A stretch of 64,000 nt of DNA, taken from contig JAGTRE010000002.1 of assembly GCA_018396415.1 (NCBI GenBank), positions 96,824 through 160,823 on the forward strand, read 5' to 3'. The translations under genes were made by a program, and so were the position numbers. Below the pieces are notes generated by a model. The model searched no databases, was not told the origin of the DNA, and saw nothing but the letters and a program-made list of their open reading frames with translations. The DNA comes from Candidatus Bathyarchaeota archaeon. GTDB lineage: Archaea; Thermoproteota; Bathyarchaeia; RBG-16-48-13; JAGTRE01. Positions 48,809 through 57,649 of this stretch are shown here, one piece after another; position 1 is the first letter of the stretch, and each line of letters begins with the position of its first letter.

Positions 48809-49558
48809 GTGGCAACTAGCGTGACTAATGAGACTATTCTTAAAGGACTAAAAATCGCAGTCGCTGAAAGACGTGAACATGATGCCTGGCTCGACTTTTC
48901 CCTTCGTGAAATCCGCGAAGGCAGAGTTTATTATTACAAAGTTCAAGACCCGGTCACCGGTGAATGGCTGTTTAAGATATGTGTTGATCCAGATGGAAAG
49001 GTGATTGTTAAAGCTGCAAAATGTCCTCCCGGTCGAGTATACGCACAATTAGAAGGCGACTCAATGGTTTTCCAAAAATCTCTAAAAGAAGGTTATTTTT
49101 ATGACGTTATCAGCCTTGCCTATGTTGACGAGGCCGGCCGAGTTCGACGAAAAATAATTTCAGCCACGGATAATATACCGCAAACCATCCGAGAAATATC
49201 TGAAATCGAAACCTACGAAAAAGCTACTGGAAAACCCCCAACTTTTGGCCGCGGACTTGTATCCCTTGTACGACGAGACGATTACAAGGTTATGATTACA
49301 TTATTTATTCTTCAAAAAGCATGGCCCCTAGCTTCCTTCACGCCTGAAACAGCTTTAAAATACGCCCGCCACGCCCCAGATGTCCTTGCGGTCATACGAA
49401 GGCTTGAAAAAGCCCGAGAAGAGGAAGTTTACAGGGTCCTCGAAGCGGAATACGGTATGACAAAAGATGAAAGCATTGTCATTCTTGACACTCTAAAAGA
49501 ATCGGGGAAAATAATCGCCCCAGAGCCCGGATATATTAAAGTAAAGCCTAAACTCTAA
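48809..49558 (+). CDS. Hypothetical protein (249 aa), divergently transcribed from the ATPase/zinc-ribbon gene
   Basis: ORF with no recognised motif; possible C-terminal winged-helix-like region. Confidence 0.35.
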   Translation: MATSVTNETILKGLKIAVAERREHDAWLDFSLREIREGRVYYYKVQDPVTGEWLFKICVDPDGKVIVKAAKCPPGRVYAQLEGDSMVFQKSLKEGYFYDVISLAYVDEAGRVRRKIISATDNIPQTIREISEIETYEKATGKPPTFGRGLVSLVRRDDYKVMITLFILQKAWPLASFTPETALKYARHAPDVLAVIRRLEKAREEEVYRVLEAEYGMTKDESIVILDTLKESGKIIAPEPGYIKVKPKL

Positions 49559-49665
49559 TTACGGCGAACAGTGTTTATTCGTTTCCCATTTTTGTCTAAG
49601 TATTTTTGTGTAAGTAAAAATGGCAACCAGAAAGCGGTTTATGCTTACTTACATAGATTGAAGGA

Positions 49666-50070
49666 TTATGAGGACTTAGGCTCATTAAGCCCTATACAAT
49701 TTTCTCCCTTACCTGGACAGCCAATGATGCAATAGAATTCACATGGCTCATCGCCTACCGCTTTGAATCCATGTTCCTCATTAGCTGCAAAGTAGAGCAC
49801 ATCTTCAGGCTTAGCCTCTACAGATTTTCCTTCAGCGGTTGCAACTAGCCTACCCTTTACAATTGCTATTTCTTGCTCCCAAGGATGTTTATGAGGTGCT
49901 AAGTAGCCTCCAGGTTCGATTACGAAGTAACGTAATGCAAAGTGATGCATGTATTCTTCTCCTCCAGTTCTTTTCTCTGAAATCCATCTTATTGTCACGC
50001 CCTTGGCATTTGAACCGTAAGCCTCTTTCACATCGTATCCCTTGATCTCTTTGATGTTCTTAACAATCAT
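49666..50070 (-). CDS. Cupin-domain protein
   Basis: HKHPWEQEIAIVKG...ANEEHGFKAV cupin motifs; 134 aa. Confidence 0.7.
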   Translation of the reverse strand: MIVKNIKEIKGYDVKEAYGSNAKGVTIRWISEKRTGGEEYMHHFALRYFVIEPGGYLAPHKHPWEQEIAIVKGRLVATAEGKSVEAKPEDVLYFAANEEHGFKAVGDEPCEFYCIIGCPGKGENCIGLNEPKSS

Positions 50071-50451
50071 ACAATCAACTCTCTTTGGTTAAATATGAAA
50101 GGTAGTAATCCTAGGGAGTATTAATCTTATCGATATTTATACTGTTATGACGGCTTTTACATTTATCGAAAATGTAACAGTGGGGATATATGCTCCTCTT
50201 CTTCATGCGCAAGAGCCTTGGAAGCCCGTAAATCTTACAAATAACCTACGACCGCTACTTAAACTTCTTTTGAAAAGTTCATCAAGTTGAATATTCGATA
50301 AGCCAGTTACATCTCTGATAATTACTCCCTAGCAATAGCATTTGCTACTCCGAGAGCTAGTGTCCTGAAGAAAACCATCTTCATCGAATTTTAAAATCAT
50401 AAACATTTATACTATATTTATTCCTCCAAATGACGAATAAAATCACAAAGG

Positions 50452-50545
50452 TGGTGGACCGGGCGGGATTCGAACCCGCGACCCCTTGGTCTTTTGAGAA
50501 AGCCCATGCAAACCAAGTGCTCATACCGAGCTGAGCTACCGGCCC
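50452..50545 (-). tRNA. tRNA-Ala (anticodon TGC) with a 16-nt intron at/near 37/38; G3-U70 present
   Basis: Minus-strand RNA GGGCCGG-TA-GCTC-AGCTCGGTAT-GAGC-A-CTTGG-TTTGCA[TGGGCTTTCTCAAAAG]A-CCAAG-GGGTC-GCGGG-TTCGAAT-CCCGC-CCGGTCC-A-CCA. Confidence 0.85.
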
Positions 50546-50651
50546 AGTATGAATAGCCAAATGAATATGTTGATTTTAAGAGTTTCCATGAAAAGATTTG
50601 ACTTCAACTAAGCGTTGGAGATGTTAATCTTGATCTAATCGGTGGTATGCC

Positions 50652-51374
50652 ATGATTAAAGCTGTTCTCTTTGATTTTTGGGATACCTTGGTTCCATCTG
50701 CCGATGAGTTTGCCTATGTAAGAGAGCAGGCGAAAACGCTTTCCAAACAACTTGCCAAATTTGGTTATCCGGTAAAGCTGGGTGTAATGATACGCGCCTT
50801 CTTAGAGAATCATCAAGCATGCGAGGAGGAACGCGACCGTACAGAGATTGAAGTACCAGTTAACATTGAAGTAGCTCGACTTATCGAGTTGTTGGGTTTC
50901 CCAGTTTCCCCTGAACTAATAAGAAAACTAACTGACGCATTCCAACGAGTTTTTATTAAATACATTCCCTCACCGAGGCCTGATGCTATACAAGCTCTTC
51001 GAATTTTAAAATCAAGTGGATTTAAACTCGGTATAGTTTCTAACACTTCGTGTGGGAAATGTCTTCGTTATCATTTAGAAAAACACTTATTGATGCAATG
51101 TTTAAATGCCGCGGTATTTTCGGATGAGGTTGGATACCGAAAACCAAACCAGAAGATATTCAGAGATGCTCTCACCCAATTAGGAGTTACGGCTGAGGAA
51201 GCAATTCACGTAGGCGACAATCTCTATGCAGATATTCAGGGCGCCAAACAATTAGGTATGAAAACCATTTTATATTCTGAAAAAATATTAGCTAAAGCCC
51301 AACCGAAACCGGACATTGTAATCACCACCTTCAAGCAATTACCTGAATACGTGTATAAGTTGTCCGTTGGTTAA
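50652..51374 (+). CDS. HAD-superfamily hydrolase
   Basis: N-terminal LFDFWDTL (DxD motif I), C-terminal GDNLYADIQGAKQLG motif IV; 240 aa. Confidence 0.7.
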   Translation: MIKAVLFDFWDTLVPSADEFAYVREQAKTLSKQLAKFGYPVKLGVMIRAFLENHQACEEERDRTEIEVPVNIEVARLIELLGFPVSPELIRKLTDAFQRVFIKYIPSPRPDAIQALRILKSSGFKLGIVSNTSCGKCLRYHLEKHLLMQCLNAAVFSDEVGYRKPNQKIFRDALTQLGVTAEEAIHVGDNLYADIQGAKQLGMKTILYSEKILAKAQPKPDIVITTFKQLPEYVYKLSVG

Positions 51375-51398
51375 TCTCAAGCCGAAATTAACGGAGGT

Positions 51399-52370
51399 TT
51401 ACTCAGGCATCACCAAGTCGGCGATATCCATTCCACACTCGTAAATTCGTTTTAGGCAAGAAACGATAGTGGAGGCATAAGCGAGAAGGTCTGACGGTAA
51501 CTTAGTAAGAGCATCTTCAACTTCTGTTAGAATAGTTTTGATCTTTTCTGATAGATTGACAATACTCATAGCTAATTGAAAGTCGCGAGCGAAAACAGAC
51601 TTCATAGCCTTCTCATGAGCTTCGTAAGCTAATTCACTCAACTTAATAATCTGCTTTAATAGAGATTCCGGTAACCGTATCTTAGAAGACTTACAAACAT
51701 GCCATGCAATTTCCGCCGCGTAATCGCTGATTCCCTCTACAAGGGATGCTACTAAACGAAGATCGAGGCAATCGATTGGAGAAATTTTTAGCTGCTCACT
51801 TAATGGTGGGTGTTGAATAACTGTTCTTAGTTGTCTGACAAGAAGAAAATATAACCGATTAACTTCCTCATCCCGCTCGAACACGCCCCGTGCCAATCGT
51901 TCATCGCCCTCTAGGAGGGCGGTTATGGCTTCCTTGTGCATTCCGGATGCAATTAAATATTCCCGCCGAAGAACCTTTTCTGGGGTAAGTGCAGAGGGTT
52001 CGAGCAGGCATTGCATAACGATCCGACGGGCATCTTCTTCAATAACTTCGAGACCTACTAGTCTACGGCAAGTTGTTTTCACTATCTCACGGTCTTCAGG
52101 TCTAATTCGACCCTCAGCCTCAACTCTAATTATGTCATACCCGAGAAGATATTTGGCAGTAATTTCACGTTCTAATCCAAGTGATACAGGTACCGTTGTC
52201 TCGGTTAGCTGTCCCTGTTGATGTTTGGGATCTATTACTAAGCAACCATCACCTCGTTCCACTAATGTGACAAAAGAACCACGGGTGAGAGAGCTTCTCT
52301 TAGCCCATTCTTTAGGTAGAGAAACTAGGAGAGTTCCTCCTCCAGTTTCCTGAATTTTGCGAAGTTCCAT
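51399..52370 (-). CDS. PhoU-family phosphate-uptake regulator-like protein with N-terminal AbrB/SpoVT-type swapped-hairpin domain
   Basis: LRKIQETGGGTLLVSLPKEWAK N-terminus then two PhoU-like helical repeats; 323 aa. Confidence 0.7.
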   Translation of the reverse strand: MELRKIQETGGGTLLVSLPKEWAKRSSLTRGSFVTLVERGDGCLVIDPKHQQGQLTETTVPVSLGLEREITAKYLLGYDIIRVEAEGRIRPEDREIVKTTCRRLVGLEVIEEDARRIVMQCLLEPSALTPEKVLRREYLIASGMHKEAITALLEGDERLARGVFERDEEVNRLYFLLVRQLRTVIQHPPLSEQLKISPIDCLDLRLVASLVEGISDYAAEIAWHVCKSSKIRLPESLLKQIIKLSELAYEAHEKAMKSVFARDFQLAMSIVNLSEKIKTILTEVEDALTKLPSDLLAYASTIVSCLKRIYECGMDIADLVMPE

Positions 52371-52474
52371 TCTTCATCATCTATATAGAAGTTCAAATAA
52401 TTTAAAGATAAGAATAATTGTTTGAGTATTTAATCTGATAACTTTTAATGTATAAACAGACCTGAACTTAAAAG

Positions 52475-53410
52475 CTAAGTTAGCAACCTCGCTCCTTGAA
52501 AATCTATCTCAGAGATTACAATTTTTTCCTCAGGAAGATGCCGTTTAAAAGCTTCATATACTGCTTTCACGGTTTCTTGTCCAGTTATTGCATGAGCCGA
52601 TTCGCCAAGCATATTTTGAGTGGCACCGATAGCCCCTGCGCTTTCTGCGTCTTCAATTAGTCGCCTGACACGCCTAGACATCAATCCCAAATCATATGCA
52701 AACTGTTTACATGCTTTAATGAAAGTTGTTAGGTTGGGATTTGATTGTATTTTCTTTAATGTTCTGCGACCTAGTTTATTAACTAAAGTCCTCTCCTTAG
52801 GTGAAAAAAGTACATAACGTTTATTTATTGGTCCAAAACTCCCGGCAATAACTTTTAAATTCGGCTGGATGGGAATGCGATCAACTAGACCTATTCCAGC
52901 GGCACCACTTCTAACCACTAAGACTAACCCACCAACAAGCAATCCCTCTACTGTACCGAGCCCTGTGTGACATATAACATCTGCCACATGGGCCATTCTA
53001 CCAATTTGACCGTATGTTAAGTTTAATCCAAGTTCACGAGAAAGTGCCAGTCCGGTCGAAAGTGCGCCTGCCGCGCTTGTTCCAAACCCTGCCCCGATAG
53101 GCACCTCAATGAAATGCTTAACTGTCACATGATAGGTGCCTTTAACTTGATCGAGTAGCATGTTTACCATAGCTTTAGTTGTTTTTGCCCGAGGCGCAAA
53201 TTTTCCATTTATGTAGATTTCGACTTTACGTTTCTTTGATTTCCGGGCTATCACTTCAGTTGTGGTTCCTTTCGAGAGGGCGAAACCCCCGCCTCGAGCA
53301 CCTATCCTTTCTGGATCCCTAATCGGGGTACCATTTTCTTCATGGTCGCATATCTCAAAGAAGCTGGAAATTCCACTTGGTGAAAACGCTCGAGTCAAGC
53401 ATGCTACCAT
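52475..53410 (-). CDS. GHMP-family kinase (archaeal pantoate kinase / shikimate kinase-like)
   Basis: GHMP ATP motif PIGAGFGTSAAGA; 311 aa. Confidence 0.55.
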   Translation of the reverse strand: MVACLTRAFSPSGISSFFEICDHEENGTPIRDPERIGARGGGFALSKGTTTEVIARKSKKRKVEIYINGKFAPRAKTTKAMVNMLLDQVKGTYHVTVKHFIEVPIGAGFGTSAAGALSTGLALSRELGLNLTYGQIGRMAHVADVICHTGLGTVEGLLVGGLVLVVRSGAAGIGLVDRIPIQPNLKVIAGSFGPINKRYVLFSPKERTLVNKLGRRTLKKIQSNPNLTTFIKACKQFAYDLGLMSRRVRRLIEDAESAGAIGATQNMLGESAHAITGQETVKAVYEAFKRHLPEEKIVISEIDFQGARLLT

Positions 53411-53413
53411 CTA

Positions 53414-54217
53414 TTACTTTACTTTAGGTCTAAAGCTTGGAAAAGCCAGAAAACATGCCTTTAGAATTGGCGGCCCCGCAAAAATTAGGAATGGAATTTC
53501 GGTGCAGAAGGTCCAAGTAAACCAGATGACGCTTGCATATAATGGTAGTTGAAAGCCTCCTGAAGGTAGTAAGAAGAATTGGCTAAATAGCCAAACCCCC
53601 ACACCGATGATTGCACTACCGACACCAAGTCCTACTAGAGATCCTATCCCATAACTAAGCCAATCAGGCCAAGCGAGACCAATAGCTAAGGCAACTCCAA
53701 TGCTTGCTAAACAAGTCGCCGTAAATAGCACGAATGCAATAAAATCCAAACTCCCAGTCCAAAATAACCATGTTGAAAAAATGACAATCAAACAACCTAT
53801 TAGACAACCTAAGGCTACAGTAAGAAAACCAATTTTCTTTCTGGCAATGTAGCCTACTAAATAGAAGCCAATGAAGTTTGATGGAATCCCAACAGTTATG
53901 CTTAACAGGGCATTGCCGTGAATTAACATATCGCTAATAAAGATGCCGATAGCGGCTCCAGCTCCGCCGACAAATGGTCCAAATAATGTAGCAAATACTG
54001 CTGGGATTATCACAGCGGGCCAGAATCTAACAACCCCGATAACAGGAGTGAAGATTCCCAAGTAAGTTAAGTAACCGAAGGCAGCATATAGTGCAGCGTT
54101 TAGACTTATAGTGATCGCTTCTAGTGGCTTCATGGCATTAATGAATTGTGGTATTCGTAAAAATAAATTGAATCTATATATTTTATAAAATCTATAAAGA
54201 ACTATATTTTGATTCAA
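53414..54217 (-). CDS. Polytopic membrane protein resembling an ECF-transporter substrate-specific (S) component
   Basis: Six to seven hydrophobic helices, about 240 aa from a likely internal start; immediately downstream of the GHMP kinase. Confidence 0.35.
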   Translation of the reverse strand: MNQNIVLYRFYKIYRFNLFLRIPQFINAMKPLEAITISLNAALYAAFGYLTYLGIFTPVIGVVRFWPAVIIPAVFATLFGPFVGGAGAAIGIFISDMLIHGNALLSITVGIPSNFIGFYLVGYIARKKIGFLTVALGCLIGCLIVIFSTWLFWTGSLDFIAFVLFTATCLASIGVALAIGLAWPDWLSYGIGSLVGLGVGSAIIGVGVWLFSQFFLLPSGGFQLPLYASVIWFTWTFCTEIPFLIFAGPPILKACFLAFPSFRPKVK

Positions 54218-54399
54218 ACTTGAAAGTCCACTTTTCTTAGAATCTTCACTTGACTGATTATGAAAATCCGTCAGGTTTCGCTAAACTTTACGCTGAAGAC
54301 CTACACTGTTTTTTCAACCATGAAAAAGATTAACAATGATTTAAGGAGTATACCCATAGTCTAAAATCGAAGTTCCGATCGCAGGGCGTTTTAACAAAA

Positions 54400-55275
54400 A
54401 TGAGAGTACACAAACGAGCTAAACATATTATAGAGGTTGCTAAGGCGTGCGTAGTTATTGAAGATGGTATCATAAAGAAGATTGGCAAGCCGCGTACAAA
54501 ATATTGCCCTTTATACGAGGACCTTTACCACGCCAAACGTATCACAAAGCAGCTTATTAAATCCATACTTGAGTATAAAATAGAGAACCTTGGAATGTAT
54601 ACTGAACATAGGAAGTTAGATCACGATGATATTGTACCATTTGGAACTTCGGAAATCGTAAAGACAGCTATGAAAAAGGGTCTTTTAGATTCCGCTGTAT
54701 TAGTTTGTGAGGGTGCTGGCACAGTTATAACTAATGACCCAAACTTGGTTCAAGGGATCGGTGCTCGCCTTACTGGCATTCTTTATACCACACCTATACT
54801 GGGCATAATTGAAAAATTGAAAAGCAGAGGGGCTGTTGTTTTAGATCCCGCTAAAGCCACAATAGATCAAATCAAAGGCGTAACTAAGGCTGCTGAACTT
54901 GGATTCAAAAAAGTTGCTGTAATGCTTGCTGGACATGACGCTCGGAAAGCAGCTGAACTTCGGAGGCTGGAAAAAAAGTTAGGAATTGAGGTTTGGATAT
55001 TCGTTCTTCATACTACTGGAATTAAAGTAAGAGAGGCTAAACGCCTCGTAAAATCTGCGGACGTGGTTTGGGGATGTGCATCAAAGGTGGTTCGCGAAGT
55101 TATTGGTCCTAAGGCATTAGTTCAAATTGGAACCGCAATACCTGTGTTTGCCGTTTCAGAGAGAGGAAAAATGGCTATTTTGGCAAGAGCCGAGATGATC
55201 AAAGAGCCTTTAGCCTTGTTGAGGGTCAAACCACCAGTGTTAGCCGCTGAAAGACAACCTAAACCCTTAACTTAA
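54400..55275 (+). CDS. Conserved hypothetical protein (291 aa), upstream of the nifB-like remnant
   Basis: ORF only; Gly-rich VLVCEGAGTVITNDP segment; no confident family. Confidence 0.35.
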   Translation: MRVHKRAKHIIEVAKACVVIEDGIIKKIGKPRTKYCPLYEDLYHAKRITKQLIKSILEYKIENLGMYTEHRKLDHDDIVPFGTSEIVKTAMKKGLLDSAVLVCEGAGTVITNDPNLVQGIGARLTGILYTTPILGIIEKLKSRGAVVLDPAKATIDQIKGVTKAAELGFKKVAVMLAGHDARKAAELRRLEKKLGIEVWIFVLHTTGIKVREAKRLVKSADVVWGCASKVVREVIGPKALVQIGTAIPVFAVSERGKMAILARAEMIKEPLALLRVKPPVLAAERQPKPLT

Positions 55276-55290
55276 AATAGGAGGGCTTCC

Positions 55291-56069
55291 TTGCGGAGCT
55301 TCAATTATTTTTCTGATGAATATAATCATGTAACAAAAGTGCATCCTTGCTTTAGCCACGCATGTCATGCTAAGTACGCCCGAATACATATTCCCGTTGC
55401 ACCAAGGTGTAATATCCAATGTAACTATTGTGAAAGAGGCCTAAATACCTACGTACAGAAGCCTGGATTCGCCTCTAAAATTCTAACTCCCTTTGATGCG
55501 CTTAAAGCCGTTGAAAGAGCAGTAGAAGATAAAGACAAATACGAGTTGTCAGTAGTGGGAGTTGCGGGTCCAGGAGATGCGCTAGCCAACGAAGAAACGA
55601 TTGCGGAGTTAAAGCTATTACGGTTACGGTAAATGCGGTAGACCCGATTATCGCGTCACGGATCTACGAGTACATAATTTTTAATGGTGAAAAACGAGCT
55701 GGAATCGATGCTGCTCAAATTCTTATTTCAAATCAGCTTAAAGGGATAGAATTGTCATCAAAGTTTGGACTTTGTGTGAAAGTTAACACGGTTCTGATAC
55801 CGGATGTGAATAATAGGCATGTGGTAAAAGTTGCTGAAACAGTTGCCATGCATGGGGCTTTTATCATGAATGTTATCCCGCTGATACCTGGATATAAGTT
55901 TAGGCAACTAAAACCCCCTACTCATGAGGAGATAAAAAATACTCGTAAATTATGTAGTAAATACATAATCCAATTTAACGATTGTAAACTTTGTAGAGCT
56001 GATGCTTACGGAATACCTGGTTTAGAGACAAAATTTAGTAAAGACCAACTGAAGTGTTGCAGCATATAA
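55291..56069 (+). pseudogene. nifB-like radical SAM gene disrupted by an internal deletion of about 100 nt plus frameshift
   Basis: Frame 1 (55291-55632) encodes the NifB N-terminus (HPCFSHACHAKYARIHIPVAPRCNIQCNYC...GPGDALAN) and stops at 55632. Frame 0 is open from 55533 and from 55617 encodes ITVTVNAVDP...GLCVKVNTVLIPDVNN...IPLIPG (NifB middle and C-terminal blocks) to 56069. The PDLKLCLSTNG segment expected between them is absent. Confidence 0.5.
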
Positions 56070-56071
56070 AA

Positions 56072-56407
56072 CTAAGAACCCTTCTTTAAGACTTTTGGCC
56101 ATCGAATCATTGTCCATTTATTTTTCTTTGCAAAGTATCGGATTACGTCGTTGAAGGCACGACTATGGCTTTCCAAGTAAAACACATGAGCACAAGCTTC
56201 TTCCAAGGTCATATCATTTCCAAAGGACTTTATCCAAAGATTTGCGCGAAGCAACATACTTTTATACGCTTTAGAATGCTCTTCGCAAAACTCCTTTCCT
56301 GGAGCGCATTGGCGAGTACAAATTGGACATTTCATTGCTGATACAGCCATTTTTAACCTTAACAATTCAATTGACATTAAGAACCTGAAGACATTTACGG
56401 TTTTCAA
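56072..56407 (-). CDS. Hypothetical small protein with CPICTRQC...C...H zinc-finger-like motif
   Basis: 111 aa ORF; Cys/His pattern only. Confidence 0.3.
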   Translation of the reverse strand: MKTVNVFRFLMSIELLRLKMAVSAMKCPICTRQCAPGKEFCEEHSKAYKSMLLRANLWIKSFGNDMTLEEACAHVFYLESHSRAFNDVIRYFAKKNKWTMIRWPKVLKKGS

Positions 56408-56744
56408 GACGGGTATACGAATATTCCCGATGTCATAATTTGCATATCACTATACATTGGGTGCCCGCGAAGTGATTTAGGGCTTATAAGAAACAAAAAG
56501 TTTGACAACAATTCCATTCTGCTAAAGATGTGGCAATTACCTGAAAACCTAGATTTCCTAATAGGAAAAATATAACTGAACAGCTGATGCACTTAGACGG
56601 TCTAGGGCATTAATTAAAAGCCAGACGAAAAGGACTTGTTACTTAGGCAAACTCAATATCAATAAGTACTTCTCAGTTATGCCAAAAAGGTTAGGAAAAT
56701 GCTTAATAGGTTCAATTTTTGCTTTAAAACTCGGATATCGTATT

Positions 56745-56886
56745 AGCGGGGTGGGGTAGCAAGAGAGGACAATGAAGTCCCTCTTGCCGAACCAGGTTTA
56801 ATGAGTACTTGTAGTGAACAAGCCTCGAATTCCCCGCAGGGCTCATAACCCTGAGATCGGTGGTTCAAATCCACCCCCCGCTACCA
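56745..56886 (+). tRNA. Initiator tRNA-Met (anticodon CAT) with about 62 nt of intervening sequence inside the D-loop (non-canonical)
   Basis: A1-U72 (AGCGGGG.../...CCCCGCT-A-CCA); anticodon arm CAGGG-CTCATAA-CCCTG with three G-C pairs (initiator hallmark); T-arm GGTGG-TTCAAAT-CCACC. D-stem GGGG/CCCC encloses TAGC + about 62 extra nt with hairpins AAGAGAGGA/TCCCTCTT and CTTG-TAGTGAA-CAAG. Confidence 0.7.
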
Positions 56887-57001
56887 TCCTTCGCATACTG
56901 TTCTAAAGAAAATTTCAGCTAATCTTCAATAGGTGAAGAAGATTAAAGCTGACAACGCCATTGGTCATGATAGGCTAGCGGCCGCCTAAAAGTAGAAACC
57001 G

Positions 57002-57604
57002 CTAAACAAAGCCAAGTTTTTCTGCAACTAGTTTTGGCGTGGATTTAGATGTAACTGAATCTTTTTGGATGTCGAGCTTTTCAAGTGCCGTGCATATTTT
57101 TTTAGCTACGGCATCACAACCCCCGCCACGTATCTCAACTTCTAACAGATAACCGATCCCACTTACATGCTCCAGTGCTACGGTGAAGGGAAAAGGCTTG
57201 GAAATCTTATACAAGACACAATTAGATTTGATTATGCTAAACCAATATTCAAAATTCCAGTCTTTTAGTAGCTGTTCCGCAATTCTTTTTCGTCCTCGAA
57301 AAAGTTCAATCTTGCCCTGGGGGTAAGCAGTTCGTTTGAATTTGATGCCCATTAAATCTATAGTTCGGGTTTTTGTGAAAAGAATCTGCGAGTATGTAGT
57401 TGGATATTTCCATTCTCTGATTCTCATAATTTTCCGCGCAGGATCCCAGTCTTGCGCGGATGCCCCGACTGGCTTATAGCAGTGGTCATGGAAAAGATAT
57501 TCAAGTGTTTTTTCAGCCTTGAGGGATGCCAATTTATCAAGGAACTGTTTAACGTTTAAAACTGGAACTCTAATTTCTGATTCATATTTTTCTTTATTTG
57601 ACAT
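57002..57604 (-). CDS. CYTH-like domain protein (triphosphate tunnel metalloenzyme / class IV adenylyl-cyclase-like)
   Basis: N-terminal ESEIRVPV (ExExK-like) and later LEVEIRGG strands; 200 aa. Confidence 0.4.
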   Translation of the reverse strand: MSNKEKYESEIRVPVLNVKQFLDKLASLKAEKTLEYLFHDHCYKPVGASAQDWDPARKIMRIREWKYPTTYSQILFTKTRTIDLMGIKFKRTAYPQGKIELFRGRKRIAEQLLKDWNFEYWFSIIKSNCVLYKISKPFPFTVALEHVSGIGYLLEVEIRGGGCDAVAKKICTALEKLDIQKDSVTSKSTPKLVAEKLGFV

Positions 57605-57649
57605 CGGGTCTTATCCCACAGCATACCATCACATATATCGAGGTTTCCA

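Noticed and set aside
55291-56069. Programmed frameshift or selenocysteine/pyrrolysine recoding in the nifB-like gene
   Set aside because: About 35 conserved residues are missing as well as the frame changing; this fits deletion or decay (or an assembly error) better than recoding.
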